Of a stretch of 64,000 nt of DNA, positions 51,781-64,000 are shown piece after piece; position 1 is the first letter of the stretch; each line of letters begins with the position of its first letter. The position numbers and the translations under genes were made by a program. Origin of the DNA: Takakia lepidozioides (taxonomy: Eukaryota; Plantae; Bryophyta); contig CM060734.1 of NCBI GenBank assembly GCA_030704615.1, forward strand, positions 16,058,001 through 16,122,000, in the 5' to 3' direction. Under the pieces are notes generated by a model that was not told the origin of the DNA, made no database searches, and saw only the letters and a program-made list of their open reading frames with translations.

Positions 51781-52119
51781 CCGTGACTGCAACCTTGAGT
51801 CCAGCAGGCTTAGAGGTAGAAGACGCGTCCCGTGGTTGCTATGCTACAACCTCTTGAGCAGTGACCACTGCCTCCTCTGTCAGTAACAATGTCTCATCCT
51901 GCCCCATCATCCCATCCTTGAGGACCTCCTCAACCCGAGAAAAATCCCCAACCTCATCCATCACCGCCGCCTTGGCTGCCAACTCCTTCTGAACCTCGAG
52001 CACCTCCCACGTGTGCCATGGATGCGGCCTGCACCTCGTGGTCCTCACCTGTTCGCCCCCACTCACTGCCTGTACCGTCTCGGTAGGTAGAGAGACTATC
52101 AAGGGAAGTGTACTCCATA

Positions 52120-53100
52120 CTCTGCGCTGCTCAGCCATAGCCAAGCTGATAATCCAGGTCAAGCAATTGAGATCCATGGCTTGCCCCAACACCGGACAAC
52201 GTGATGCCTCAGAAAGAGATGACACCACCGTGGTACTAGTGGTAAAACCCATTGCCCGCTCGCGCTCGTCAGCATTGGGCTCCACTAACTGTTGCAACTG
52301 GCTACCCCACAAGAGGCCAGGTCCACCATCCCGGAAAACATGAGATCCTGGAAAGCTGAGCAGTGTAGGCAATGTTGCTCGTGGGTGACCCACCTTATTG
52401 ACCACTGCCAAAGGTGATCGGTCATCGTGTCTCACACGCTGAAACTGCCTCCCTATGTCCAAAATGCTATCCACCGTCAAGTTTGGTGGCCGCTGCACCC
52501 CATCAAATGCACGCTTGAGCAATGCATGTGACATCAAATTGGTCCACTATAGTCGTGGGCGATGAGCCCGTGACCCCACTGCAGCTACATCCAGCAACAC
52601 TGCTGAGCCAAGCCAAGACCGCACTTGATATACACTGGCCATCACCTTGGCTCGAGAATCACCCATCAATGGCACATTCTCCAAGATATATGCCGGAGAG
52701 TCTATCTGCTGAAGCTGTAAATAGCGTAGGACCCTCAACATCTCCCAAAACAGGCGTGACCTTGAGTCTTGTAACCCATTGCCATACCCAGCTGATGAAA
52801 GCCCTTGGCAGGGCCAACCTGCCACTACTAAGTGAATAGGGCCAACCCGCTCCAAATCATGCGTCCCCAGCAAGGAGATGTCTGCTGGCAAGACTTGTTG
52901 GTATCCACGAACTGTAGACACTGGCAACAAATCAGGGTACTGCTGCACCAACTGAGCAACATGGCGCAGTGAGACGCGTCGTGCAGTCTCATCCCTCTCC
53001 ACATATAGGTAACGTTGAACTCATACACCTGCCTGCAGCACTGCAGCCAATCCAGTGTTAATCCCGCCAAACAAGTCCAGAAGGCATATGCCTTCATCCG
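52120..53100 (-). pseudogene. C5 cytosine DNA methyltransferase domain within pol
   Basis: Motif I LLDLFGGI, II YVERD, IV AGWPCQGLS, VI YILENV, VIII AHRPRL*W, IX ERERAMGF, X LGQAMD, all in one frame with two point-mutation stops. Confidence 0.93.
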
Positions 53101-53223
53101 GGCACTGCCACACAAGAGGTGTGGTGTCCAATGGCGACAATTGAGTGCAATCACCGCACTCTTCTCCTCTCCTGACGGTACAAATGCCTCTACCCAGACT
53201 TGTTGCACTCGTCTATCAGCAGC

Positions 53224-54360
53224 CTACTGCAAATCCTTGCTCGTACCCCACAATGGAGTGTGAGCAACCATGGCAGGCAACTCCGCCGTACCATGCATAT
53301 CATCCTGCTCTGCTGGAGGTGGCACATCCTCTGCATGGGCATTGCCCTCCAGCAACTCTCCAGGCCAACTAACTACAGCTGTGAAGGTTGTTAGTGTTGG
53401 CATCTTGCCCCATTGGGCAGCAGCAACACCCCCAATGAACGTCACAGGGAGCTGTACACGATGACCATCCCCTGACTGCCATCCAGGCCTGTAGGATGCT
53501 GACTCCTCCCAAAAATCCAGGGTGAAGCCTATGGGATACAACACTGCCCCACCAACGAGGACATCGTAAGAGACCGCATCTGTCACAATGGCCTTGGCTC
53601 GCATCACTGAGCCATCTATAGGATGATCCGGCTGTAGTCTAATGGCCAACTCACGCCATATCATGCCCCGAGCCTGCTCTGATCTTCCCAGAGATGTTTG
53701 TATCTGGAAAGGACAAGGCTCCATATCCGCCTCCATGAGGTCCAAACCTGCAATAGCAGCTCTGCCCAACATCAGTGGCTGAGCTCCCGAGTCCAACAAG
53801 ACCCGCAGTGGCCGGTACCTCTTGCCTGCCGGTCCACTCAAGGAGAAAATGTCATCCTGGTTGTCTAACAAGACAACTCCAGGTGTCACCATGGCGCGCT
53901 CAAAGGCTAGCCTAGCTGGCAGTTCCGTCAACCTGGCAGCTGCAGCTTGCCATGGCGTAGCCGTGGCAGTCTTGACCCTCAAATCCGAGGATCCCTCTGC
54001 CACTACACCCTCCACTAACTCCACAAAAGATGAAGTGACCTCCCCACTCTCGCAGAGTGTTGCTACTAGTCTGAACACTGCAGCTGGTCTTACCCCCGGC
54101 GTCGCAATCATGGTTGCCGAGAACAGTGGGGCTTGACACACAAAGGTGGCTGCCCCCAACAACACACTGGCTGCACTAGCCTTGGCAACAGGTGTCAGTG
54201 CTACACGTGTAGCTCTCCCCAATGACACAATAATGGCCTCTTTATCTGTCGGACGAGAACTAGGTGCCATGGATGTCGTCGACACTGTCTCCCCCAAGAT
54301 GAATGATTGAGGCAACCTAGCCTGACGGCTTGCCTCTCCACGCTGTGGATCTAACTCCAC
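53224..54360 (-). pseudogene. Aspartic protease region of pol
   Basis: RVLLDSGAQPLML...YDVLVGGAVL. Confidence 0.85.
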
Positions 54361-54456
54361 CTCTGTACCTTGTGGCTAAGGAACTCGTGCTGCTCCTCGA
54401 GTGACGGCTGCAGCAGACTCCACCTGCACTAGTGGTAGTGCTGCCCCACACATAAA

Positions 54457-56005
54457 TCACATGTCTCCCATGTTTCCTCCGTCAGGATGACACTGCTGAG
54501 GAGGAACAGGAGGTGGACCCTCAGGTCTTGGAGCTGGTACCACCTGAGCTATGGCCATGGCAGCAAGCCTTTGCTCTAGCTGCTGAAGCCGGTTGGCCAT
54601 ACCTTGGTCAACGCCCTGACCTCCACGTCCTTGGCCATACTGTGCTTGCCCTCGTCCTACACCTCGTCCTCTTTGAGGTGCTCTACCTCGCCCTCGGCCA
54701 CCATTGTTCCCTTGGAACTGGCCTTGCCACAACTCAGGGTGCAAGTCATAACACTGGGCATCTCCATGCCCATACTTGCCACAATGCCCACACTGCAACT
54801 GTGTAGGCTGTGCTTGTGCCGGCCCTTTGCCACTTTCTGGGCAATCTTTCTTGATATGGGGTCCTCCACATGTCCAACATACCACCCCTAGTTGTTGTTG
54901 GCCTGCAAAAGAAGCTACTGGCATCTGCACCTGAGGTCCCCTGTAAGCTCCATGGAATTTGGGTAGGGCAACCTTGCCCCCTTGACCACGTTGTTGGGTA
55001 GTCCCTTGTACCTGTTGGTTGGCAGCTGCGCCTCGTGTAGGCATGTCATTGTCAAATCCAATGGTAACAACTCGCTCCTCCACCATGTTGAGCTCAATCC
55101 GCTCAGCCAGCAGAAACACATCTGCTAATGTGGGTTGGGTCGCTTGTAACAGGGTTGCATCCCGCACCCTTCTCCTGAGCTTCTTGTCCAAAATTCCATA
55201 CCAGAACTGGACTGCCTGAGCTTCAGTAACCTCTTGGGTCACACTTATCAAGCGTCTCATACGAGTGTAGGCCTCTCGCAAGCTCTCACTGGATTTGCGT
55301 TGGAAGTCTTGCAAACTTCGCAACTTCTCTGTCCGTACGCCTTGGTAGTTCGTCCGCAACTCCTGGAAGAATTCCACCACCGGGTTGAATCTAGGCACAT
55401 GTGTTGTAGTCGTGGCAGGAGGACTAGTAGCACCTTTTGAATTGGTACCACCTGCAGAAGTACCGGCACTACTTGTTCCACTACTAGTGTTGGCAGTGGG
55501 AGATATTGGTGCTGATGCAGCTACTGGTCGCGTCGTGCCTCGAGTAATGGAGACGTAGTCAGGTGACCAATACATCCTCCACTCCTCAATCTCTGCTTCA
55601 TATCCTCACCTGAACTCGTGGTAATTGTCCATAGGCGGGCCTTCTAAATGCTGGAACAGTCCCTTCCACGCCATGAATGGGGTGAACAGCTGTGGATTGC
55701 GCATCTGCTGGAAATCACACCAGCTGTCGAACTTCTAGATAAAATCATCCAGCTTGATTGTGCCCATAGCTCTAGAGTACCTACGAGGCCCCTTGGTAGC
55801 TCTATACATCTCCTCCATGTCGTCCCACAACAATGGCGAATGAAACTGCACACCTGTTGATGAAGCCTCCGAGTCTGTGTCTGACTCTGCACTAGTTGAG
55901 GGTGGAGGTGAAGGTGGTCTGAAACGAACACCTCGTCTGGTGAACCCACTCTCACTGCTACTGCCTGTAGCCGTACTCCCCTCAAAACCCTTGGATAACT
56001 CCGTG
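54457..56005 (-). pseudogene. gag with two zinc knuckles
   Basis: CWTCGGPHIKKDC and CGHCGKYGHGDAQC, RGRG tract, internal stops. Confidence 0.88.
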
Positions 56006-56240
56006 ATGACACTCACAACCTGCACCTCCCACGTGACACTATAAGGCTCTAGTACTAATTCTAATAGTGACACGGGTGAGCACCTGTTGCGGCCTAGCCC
56101 AAAAACCCCGGACTGACTGGCCTCCACCAAGAGAGGCTTTGGCAACTACAAGTACAAAGTAATGAAAATAGTAAAGAGAGGGAGAGGAAGAATAGAGGTC
56201 CGACCAAGCAAGATCTAATTATGATCTATGCTATCAACTG

Positions 56241-56975
56241 CTAGACTTCTCTCAAAGTGTCTCGCTCTGCATGATGGTAAGGTGTGGGAGGTATATCTAT
56301 ATCCAGAAACCTGCCACTAACCTTATCCCAAGCTACAGTAGCTCGCTCTAACCAACCCTCCTCCTCTCTTTGCCAGGTAGAGACAAAATAATACTCCCAT
56401 ATCTCCCGCTCACTGAATACTAAAGAAAATAAAGGTAGGGTCTGACAGTCTCTCAACTCGAAAGCTTTGAGACGGTTGCGGGTGTCATCATTGCGAATGA
56501 CTGCATCTCCTTCAAGCAGAGCAAACTTTTCATTGCTAATGAACCCCCGCTCGTGGTTGCCTCGTGTAGAGCATATCCGGCTGCAACCATGTCTGATTGC
56601 AAAAATTTGTGTAGCTCCTGCTCCTCTGCTCCAGTACACCACGGCCTTGTGGCTGAACACCTTGGTCCCCGGGGCTGTCTTTGGCTGTGTTCCAAGCCTA
56701 GCTTCCACCCACTTTGGTATTTCACCTACAGCTGCAGAACTGCTCGCTCCAACAGAGTTCTGACTGTCCAAAGCAATATTGAGGCCCGCAACGCCAACTA
56801 CAGCAGTTTGTTGTCTATTGCTAATGCCTGACTCCCAGTATGCAATCAACTCATCCAACTGCTCCCCACTCAAATCAGTTTGAGTTCCTTGAGAAACATA
56901 AATCTTGTCCTCTTGTGTGCACAGGCTAAGAGAAGAGATCTGCCCTTCAATTACGTCCTCATTTCCCCCAACCAT
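56241..56975 (-). CDS. Extra sense ORF (ORF0) upstream of gag, unknown function
   Basis: 244-aa ATG-initiated ORF between X1 and gag. Confidence 0.5.
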   Translation of the reverse strand: MVGGNEDVIEGQISSLSLCTQEDKIYVSQGTQTDLSGEQLDELIAYWESGISNRQQTAVVGVAGLNIALDSQNSVGASSSAAVGEIPKWVEARLGTQPKTAPGTKVFSHKAVVYWSRGAGATQIFAIRHGCSRICSTRGNHERGFISNEKFALLEGDAVIRNDDTRNRLKAFELRDCQTLPLFSLVFSEREIWEYYFVSTWQREEEGWLERATVAWDKVSGRFLDIDIPPTPYHHAERDTLREV

Positions 56976-58650
56976 ACAAGGAGGACATCCCCAGATTTGT
57001 CTCTCATGTAGACCACAACAGGTTATAGAAACAGAATTGTGGATCTTTCATAGCACACTCACACTCAAAAAATTCCATAGATTTTTAGCAGAGTCCGGAA
57101 AACTAAAACCAGGTGTAGATAGGTAGATTTCCCCTTTCTACAGCTATCCCCCCAAAAACTGAGTCAAACGGAGTCAATTTGACAAAGATATGACCAATTA
57201 GGCTCTAAATCATTTAAATTAGATCAAAAGGGTTTTTTTTTTTTTTTTTTTTCAAATTTAAAATTCAAAGTTACACCCAAAATATCTGGTAACTGGTTCC
57301 CGGTTCCCTAAGTTCTATATGGTTTCCTAGGTTCCCTGGCCACGTGCCTGCCGTTCCCCTCCATTTCATTTGAGTTCAACAGCTCACCATGCTTTGGATC
57401 CCAACCGTCTTCTACCACAAACCGTGGTGACGATGGAGGCCGTGGAGCTCATTTCCCCTTAGCAACTCCTCACCTTGGCACCCTCACAATTTTCATTGAA
57501 GTAAAGCTGGCAAACAAGTTCCTGCAAAGCCTTTCAATGATCATTCACAGCCGGCTACCCATCCGCTTGCACGCTCAAGCTGCGTCCCTGGAGTTCTCAC
57601 AGGGCACTGTCTCGATTCAGCAACGCATGTATGAACATGGTAGAGAGAAATATAAGCCAGAACACACAGCTCCATGCCATGTGGCCTCCCGTCTGCTCAA
57701 CTGGTCGAACATGGCTCATCACGGCACTACTACAGACCGACACCTTTGCCCCACTCACGGATCCTGCATTTGCTTGACGTTCCCCAGCTCGAGGCTTTGC
57801 ACAAATCGCCACTGTTTGTAGGCACGCCAACGCTGAAGAAGCTTCCATTTGGACTCTACCAAGGCCCTACTGCTTGTCGAAGTTGCCTTATGCAATAGCT
57901 GATTGTCTGCGAAACACAGGATGTCCACAAGTGTGCCAATGGCATCACACTCTCCGAGTGTATGTCAAGCTAACTACAAGTCCGATCACGGGCCTGTCCC
58001 CCAAGTGTCACGCCCTGATGTTTTCCTCTCTGCACGGTACTTTATTATTGTGCAAATGCTCGAACTGCTCAGCATTTTTAACACGGCTCCAGCCTCCGAG
58101 CCACCTCTCGCCGTTCTCCAGCTCTCAGCTTACTTATATGTGCAATTTGGACGTTGTTCCCAGCTATGCCCGCCCTACGCTTCGCAAGCAGTTATCAGAG
58201 AAAGACTTCACACGGTTTTTGCTGCAGCCCCCCCCTCTCTTCTCATAATAGGGACTGCCTTCAGCATGTGTACTCCACGATCACTATGCTCCACAATCCA
58301 CCTCGAGGTCCAAAGCCTCGGGCAAAACAACACAAGTCTTACCCAAGAAAAGAAGTTTACCGTCAACAACTACGAGCTGATTTGTCTGCACAACTGCAGC
58401 TCCTTCTTTGTATATACAGAGCCTACGAGGCTGTCCAAGCCTCCATCTCGACTCTTATTTGGCATCTTGTGTGCCTCCCGTGCACAACATCGTACCGGAC
58501 TACAAACGAAACGAGCAACAATGACTTCTATCTTAACCACTCATTACGAGTTGTGCTTTCCCTACTTCAAATATCATCGACATAGTGCTAACATAAAAGA
58601 AATCTATCTAGCTTAGCACTACCAAAACTAGACAGGTCATCTATCTCGAG

Positions 58651-59001
58651 TGATAAGAGAACTAAAATCACACTGTTGACACAAGAACATGAAATACAAC
58701 ACCATCACTCGTTAAACTAAGAGTCGAGCCAGGGGCACCCCAAGCTATGGGGACTCCACCCCACAACATCCTATTCTCCCTTCATAAGCACACTCAAATT
58801 CTAAGCAGTGAAGGAGCTCGGTCGTGCAGGCTCAACTCGAGAGAGATGAGCCGCACGACTGACGCTCTCGTGAAGATAAGATGGTTCAGGTGTCAAGCTA
58901 AACTTGACACCTGACTTAACACTTGAACTAAATCCAAGTGTTAAATACAAATAACTAGCTTTATTCTAGTTAGTTTCACAATGTGTTTATTTAACTTGAC
59001 A
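58651..59001 (-). repeat. X1 5' terminal repeat (351 bp)
   Basis: Near-identical to X2 (47761-48111). No Y sequence on either side and no TGGTATCAGAGC PBS. Confidence 0.92.
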
Positions 59002-59320
59002 TTCGTTTGGCTTGAATCCACTCTAGATAATGTGACAGTGCACCTGCTTTCCAGCTTCCAGGCCTTTCATCATGATGCACTTTGCAAGAGACAAACATAA
59101 GTATCTGAATCTGCTGAAAAGCCTCCTCCCTCTCTTGGTCCTTGTCCGGAAGCTGTGGTCATGGTGGAGGTACCTGATTTTATCAACTTTGTCGCTTCTG
59201 CTGCTTCCAATTGACCATCTGCCAATGCAGGTCTCTTATTGCTATCAATCCATATAAAATCATGAGTACTACTGCGCTTGAAATCCGGTCCTTTCGGATG
59301 AGTTTGGACCCACACTCCAA
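59002..59320 (-). pseudogene. PDF-PPR fragment (5' flank of the insertion)
   Basis: THPKGPDFKR..IWID..SADSDTYVCLL..AGKQVHCHII*SGFKPN. Confidence 0.85.
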
Positions 59321-59321
59321 C

Positions 59322-59546
59322 CATGCCTCACCATTCTCACAGAGTACAACTGCCAGTCTAAACACTGCAGCTGGTCGAATCTCTGGCATTGCAATTGTCA
59401 TTGCAAAAAATAATGGAGCTTGGCAAATTGTTGTAGCCGCCCCCAACAATGTACTGGTTGCACCTTGCTTTGCAGCATCACCCACTGGCATTTCCTGAGC
59501 CACATCAACTCTCCCTAAAGACACTCTTGGCTCTACCTCTAACACA
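59322..59546 (-). mobile_element. Subfamily-2 gag/pol linker fragment
   Basis: Homologous to 20485-20705. Confidence 0.85.
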
Positions 59547-59599
59547 TGACTTCAACACCGAGACACATTGAGGTATGTCACTATTCGTGGAGAGGGATA

Positions 59600-60608
59600 T
59601 TGTCTAGTGGTAGGCGTTTCCATCTTGGGGACTATGTGTATCTGCAGCAGACAACACCAACGACCTTGGATGTCATAGCAGGACGTGTGATTCTAAGGGT
59701 CAGGGAGGTGTTGCCTTCACGAGTGTTAATTCTGGAGGGTCGAGATGACATGATATGAAAGGACCATGTGCACAATTATGCGCCATGACACCTTCCACAT
59801 GTGGATGGGATGATAGATCCCAACCCTGCAGTCATATCTGCAGGGTTGCGTTGCATGCTATGTAGGCATGCTGGTGGTGCCGCGACCATGTTGGTGTATG
59901 ACAAATGCTCAAAGGGGATGCATGACAATGGTGGAGTTGACAAGTGATCCAAGGTCTAGCTGGTGGGAGCTCAATGCCATGGATACTCAATTGAAGATCG
60001 TGGATTGCAAGCAGACGAGTAACAATGGGGTTCTCTTTGCACCCGACCTCTTAATCCATATACTTTAGAAAATTGGGACATGTGCGATTGAAGATCAAGC
60101 GATGATCTTATTGAGATGGATACTTGTCAGCTATCCGGTGTTAGAGGGACCTAATCACCAACTAGGGAGGCGATTGTGGCATAACTTTCTAGGATTGTGT
60201 GCTTAGAATGTATGGTGGACACCGATGTATGTTGTGGCACGATGCTTAGGTGCACGACAGCTGTCATGGTTTTAGTCATGTTTAACAAGAGTTACCTACT
60301 TCTAGTTAACTAGAACATTTTGGATATTTCTATTTATATTTTGTGTGTTGGGACTTCATTTGGTGGTCTCAAAGAGGTATCAAGCCTCACTTGGGACATG
60401 GGGATGGGTTTTCCCCTTGTGAAGGTTGAGGAGGGCTCATCTTCTTGTAGTTGAGGCTCCATGAGCCTCTCCCACCTCCATAGCTCTAGGTATTGAAAAG
60501 GAGTGTGGTGAGGGCTTTGTAAGATGGATTCCTTTAGCAAAGAAGCCCTTGGCTTGATTAAGTTTATGTGATTGAGTGGATTCATGAGTGGAGTGTTTCC
60601 ATTGTGTT
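59600..60608 (+). mobile_element. 3' end of subfamily 2: integrase tail, decayed PHD, PPT, Y1 (60175-60259), GC, X2 (60262-60608, truncated)
   Basis: GDYVYLQQTTPTTLDV; ACTAGGGAGGCGAT|TGTGGCA...GCACGACA-GC-TGTCATGG. Confidence 0.88.
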
Positions 60609-60609
60609 A

Positions 60610-62221
60610 TCCCACTTTTTTTTTTGGTCGGAAGGAGTCACCCTCCCGCCGGACCTTCTTGTGGTTTAGCTCCGTATGGCCCCGTCTCTCGCCCCTAGGT
60701 ACATCCGAGAAACATTCAGCCTTTTCAATTGCCTCGTTCAAAGTCTTTGGTGCCCTCACCTCCAACTTCCGCCTGGCCTATGGGGCCAGTCCCGCCACAA
60801 AGTTGAAGACCATTTCTGGTTCCGCTATATCCGTGACTTTGAGCAATAGCACATTGAAAGCTTGAACATATCCCCGGATGTCATCCATTTGTTTCAAGTT
60901 CCTCATCTTGTCCCAGGCGAGCCAGGATGCGTTGAGGGGCACAAACTGTTTTTTCATGAGTTCCTTGAACCCGCTCCAGCTCAAGGTCTCCCGGTTTGGC
61001 CCTTGGTCCTGAAGGCGTTTCTACCACCATTGTTGAGCATAGCCCTCAAGTAGGTGGGTGTCACTTCCACCCGATCCTCGTCACTCAACTTGGCCGTCCG
61101 GAAGTATTGCTCTAGCTCCAGGAGCCAGGTATTGAGTGCCTTCCAATTTTGGACGCCCTTGAAGGTGTCGGGTTCCTTAGGCTTCACCTTAAACTTCGCC
61201 TTAGTGGAAGTGGCGTTGGCCGCTTTCATCACGTCCTTCAGTGTGCCGCCAAACCGCGCCAAAAGCCCTTCCCAAAAAGCTGCTAGCATTGGAGGCATCT
61301 GTTGACCTGGCGGAGCCTCTGGAAAGTCCTTGGGCTCCGACTCCTTAGATTCCTCTCGACCCTGAACGGCCTCTCTTTCAAAAGCGTAAATTGCCTCTTC
61401 TAGTTGCCGCTGCGGTGACGCGTCGCCCCCACCTGACTGACCAAGATCCTCGGCTTTCGGGTCATTCCGCTTTTGCTTGGTCTTGCCCGACCTCATGGCG
61501 AGGCCGATCTCAAGGACGATTGCGTACTGAACTCTAGGCTCTGATACCAAGTGTCGCGTACCTCAGTTTGGTAACTCCCCCTTTAAGTCATAGTTACTCG
61601 CTTTGATGCGCGCGCCTAACTCCCAAACCGGCCGTCGGGCCAACTCGGAGCTTCGGCTGCTCACCGGGGCATAACGGTCCCCCTTACTCCTCCACAAGAC
61701 CCTCCACTAGTTCGGGCCTAGTGGAAATTCCCTTTGGTAGTTGGTAGTCCGGAATAGCTCCCCATACCTTGGTCGCTTTCCGGCTCACACGCTTACTCAC
61801 TAGCTTTTGGTCACCAACGGGCTTGCACCGTTCTTGGGGTTACTACTCCCTATATATACTTCTGTAGGTATCCAAGGGGGTTCTACAAACAACCAAGTCC
61901 AAATCTGGTACACCACCACCTAGACCCTCGACTCCCTGTGATGAGTCGCGATGAGTCTTGGCCCACCCACAACGGCCCCAATGGACCGTGGTGAGTCCCA
62001 AGACTCCCCACGACTCCATACGCTACCACCACCCCACACAGAGCCCCCCAATCGCAACCCGGTTGGCGGGGCTCCACCTAGTGAGCGCCTCCGCCTCCTT
62101 GAGTGCCTTCGGCACTCAAGGGTGCTTCAGCCCCTATCCCGATTCGCCGCCGCTACCCCCACCATAGGGGCAACCCCTCTTGTGTTCCGACCCCTCGCCC
62201 TCAAGGCAAAGGGCCCTGACA
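60610..62221 (-). mobile_element. Conventional Ty3/gypsy element 5' part: LTR (~61552-62221), PBS-Met, truncated gag
   Basis: TGTC...GACA-bounded LTR, PBS TGGTATCAGAGCC at 61537-61549, gag KPKEPDTFKG..WLLELEQYF..WSGFKELMKKQF. Confidence 0.85.
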
Positions 62222-62599
62222 TCTCTTTTGACACAAGAAGGGACTGCTAAAAACTCTCCATGGCACTGTCAACTTCAAACATCTAGCTTTTAACCTTATC
62301 CTCCTTTGTTTGGCATCGAGCAGCTTAAGTCAACCTCACGATGCTAACGGCAATGACAAAGCCGATATAGGCTTCACCGCCGCACCTTCTAACCATCGCT
62401 CCATTGGCAGAACTTGACATCTTTCTAACTAAAGATTACCTGAACACACATAATCATTTTTGTCCCCAACCTTGTTATAGACATAATCTAGAGACCATAA
62501 AAGTCACTGTCACCTTCTTTCTCCACAGTGCAGTCCGTACTATCAGAAACCAGCTTGCCTTTTGCTAGACGTTTTCAAAGTGCCAAGTCGTCTGAATTT

Positions 62600-63356
62600 C
62601 CACATAGAACCGAAAGAGGTCCACAGCCTCGGGCAAACCAGAACAAGTCTTATCCAAGCCTTCCTAACATTGTGTCAGAGCCGAATCCTCTTCATTGGTT
62701 GGACATGAAGTTTGCCATCAACAACTGCGAGCCGATTTGTCCGCACAACTGCTGCTCCTGCTTTGTATATCCTGCGCAGAGCCTACAAGGCTGTCCAAGC
62801 CTCCATCTCGTCTCTTATTTGGCATCCCGTGTTGTGCCTCCCGTGCACACCATCGTATCAGACCGCAAACGAGACCAGCAACAATGACTTCTACCTTAAC
62901 CACTCATTACGAGTCGAGCTTTCTCTACTTCAAACACCGTCGACATAGTGCTAACATAAAAGAAATCTATCTAGCTTAGCACTACAAAATTAGACATATC
63001 ATCTCTCTCGAGTGATAATGAAACTCAAAAATCACTCATATTTGATTAAGCCCACTGCACCCCAAGGCTCTGGGGAATCAACAGACACAACGCCATAGCT
63101 AAGCTACCAGACGTAGTGAGGCTCAACTCGAGAGAGATGAGCCTCACTGCGTCTGCCGCCGCGAGGATACCCCCCCCAGGGCCCATTATGAACTTTGGGC
63201 CCTGAATTGACACTTGGGCAAACTCAAGTATCAATACATAACAACTAGTTATTTCCTAGCTAGTTTCACACTAGCTACCTTAAACTAGATAGTTTCATAC
63301 TAACTAATAAAATAACTAGTTTCACATTAACTAGTGAACTAGTTAATTTAATCACA
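62600..63356 (-). mobile_element. Diverged X1 and leader of a related split-repeat element
   Basis: 62620-63015 matches 58300-58655. Shares GGCTCAACTCGAGAGAGATGAGCC with X. Confidence 0.7.
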
Positions 63357-63739
63357 GAGCGAACTTCCTCCATCGTCAGATTTTTCCTGCATTTTTTGGA
63401 GTCATCTAGCATTAAAATCCACTTGACAGTTGAGTTTTTTCCTGTCTCAATAGATATTGGTTCTATCATGAACCATTTTCTTATGCATCTCTTGAAGAGT
63501 TCTCAAGAAATAAAAATCAGTTGGATAAAGAAATAAAAACCTTGTGGTGAAGCAAGCCAACGATGTAATAAACCTAAGAACATTTGGACTAAAATCGATA
63601 AGTGGGTAATGATGATCATGCAGCTCAAGCAGTAGCTTAGCGACTTTAAAAGCAAACCACGATGACCTACAATATGAATAAAGAGCTTAGAGTTAGTACT
63701 CTTTCCCTTATTGCATGAGTCTGTTATGACTATTGAAGA

Positions 63740-64000
63740 TGTCGTGCGCATACGTATCGCTACACAACTACATCGCTGTCCAAACTACACCACACATATA
63801 TGGACACATATCTCTTTCGAGTGATAAGAGAACTAAAATCACACTGTTGACACAAGAACATGAAATACAACACCATCACTCGTTAAACTAAGAGTCGAGC
63901 TAGGGGCACCCCAAGCTATGGGGACTCCACCCTACAACATCCTATTCTCCCTTCATAAGCACACTCAGATTCTAAGCAGTGAAGGAGCTCGGTCGTGCAG
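63740..64000 (-). repeat. X-Y right terminus of another subfamily-1 copy
   Basis: X (63822-64000) joined to a partial Y (63740-63806) ending CGCACGACA. Confidence 0.88.

Larger units (their letters stand above)
50455..59001 (-). mobile_element. 5' half of DNMT-gypsy element: X1, leader/ORF0, gag, PR, DNMT, RT, RNase H
   Basis: Starts TGTCAAG at 59001. Collinear domains are listed separately. Confidence 0.93.

Noticed and set aside
45675-59001. Classification as DIRS/PAT/Ngaro because of split repeats and a methyltransferase
   Set aside because: No tyrosine recombinase is seen. It has an aspartic protease, an HHCC-DDE integrase and a PPT, and the MTase is C5-type, not Dam-like.
48198-59010. 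Site-specific targeting of PPR genes by the retroelement (two ends at the same PPR position)
   Set aside because: Both ends belong to one insertion split by the inversion. The other termini (24832, 63740) are not in PPR sequence.

Overview
Eukaryotic nuclear DNA from a seed-free land plant, probably a bryophyte (inferred from spliceosomal introns, PLS-type PPR debris and a GCM-type MULE). The window is almost all transposon and pseudogene mosaic around one apparently intact host gene, an RHF2A-like RING-H2 E3 ligase (40.2-42.6 kb), and it contains a 500-N gap. Two mobile systems carrying DNA methyltransferases stand out. (1) An ~11-kb Ty3/gypsy-type retroelement can be reassembled by undoing a 4.8-kb inversion. 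It encodes gag, protease, a C5 cytosine methyltransferase, RT, RNase H, a DDE integrase and a PHD finger. It has no ordinary LTR pair or PBS. Its ends are split direct repeats, X1...PPT-Y1-GC-X2-Y2, with an internal palindromic end-to-end junction (GACA-GC-TGTC). The PPT-Y-GC-X part recurs in a second, diverged subfamily. (2) A large MULE family has a GCM-DDE-SWIM transposase and arrays of 22-bp palindromes. An arm with the same terminal repeat carries a spliced beta-class N4/N6 amino-methyltransferase-like gene. Also present: a LINE with a chromodomain and a 2A-like motif, OSB-PDF/PPR fusion relics, orphan host exons (FAH, AlaX, mTERF4, WD40) and at least two local inversions. All family calls come from motif recognition by eye, not database searches.
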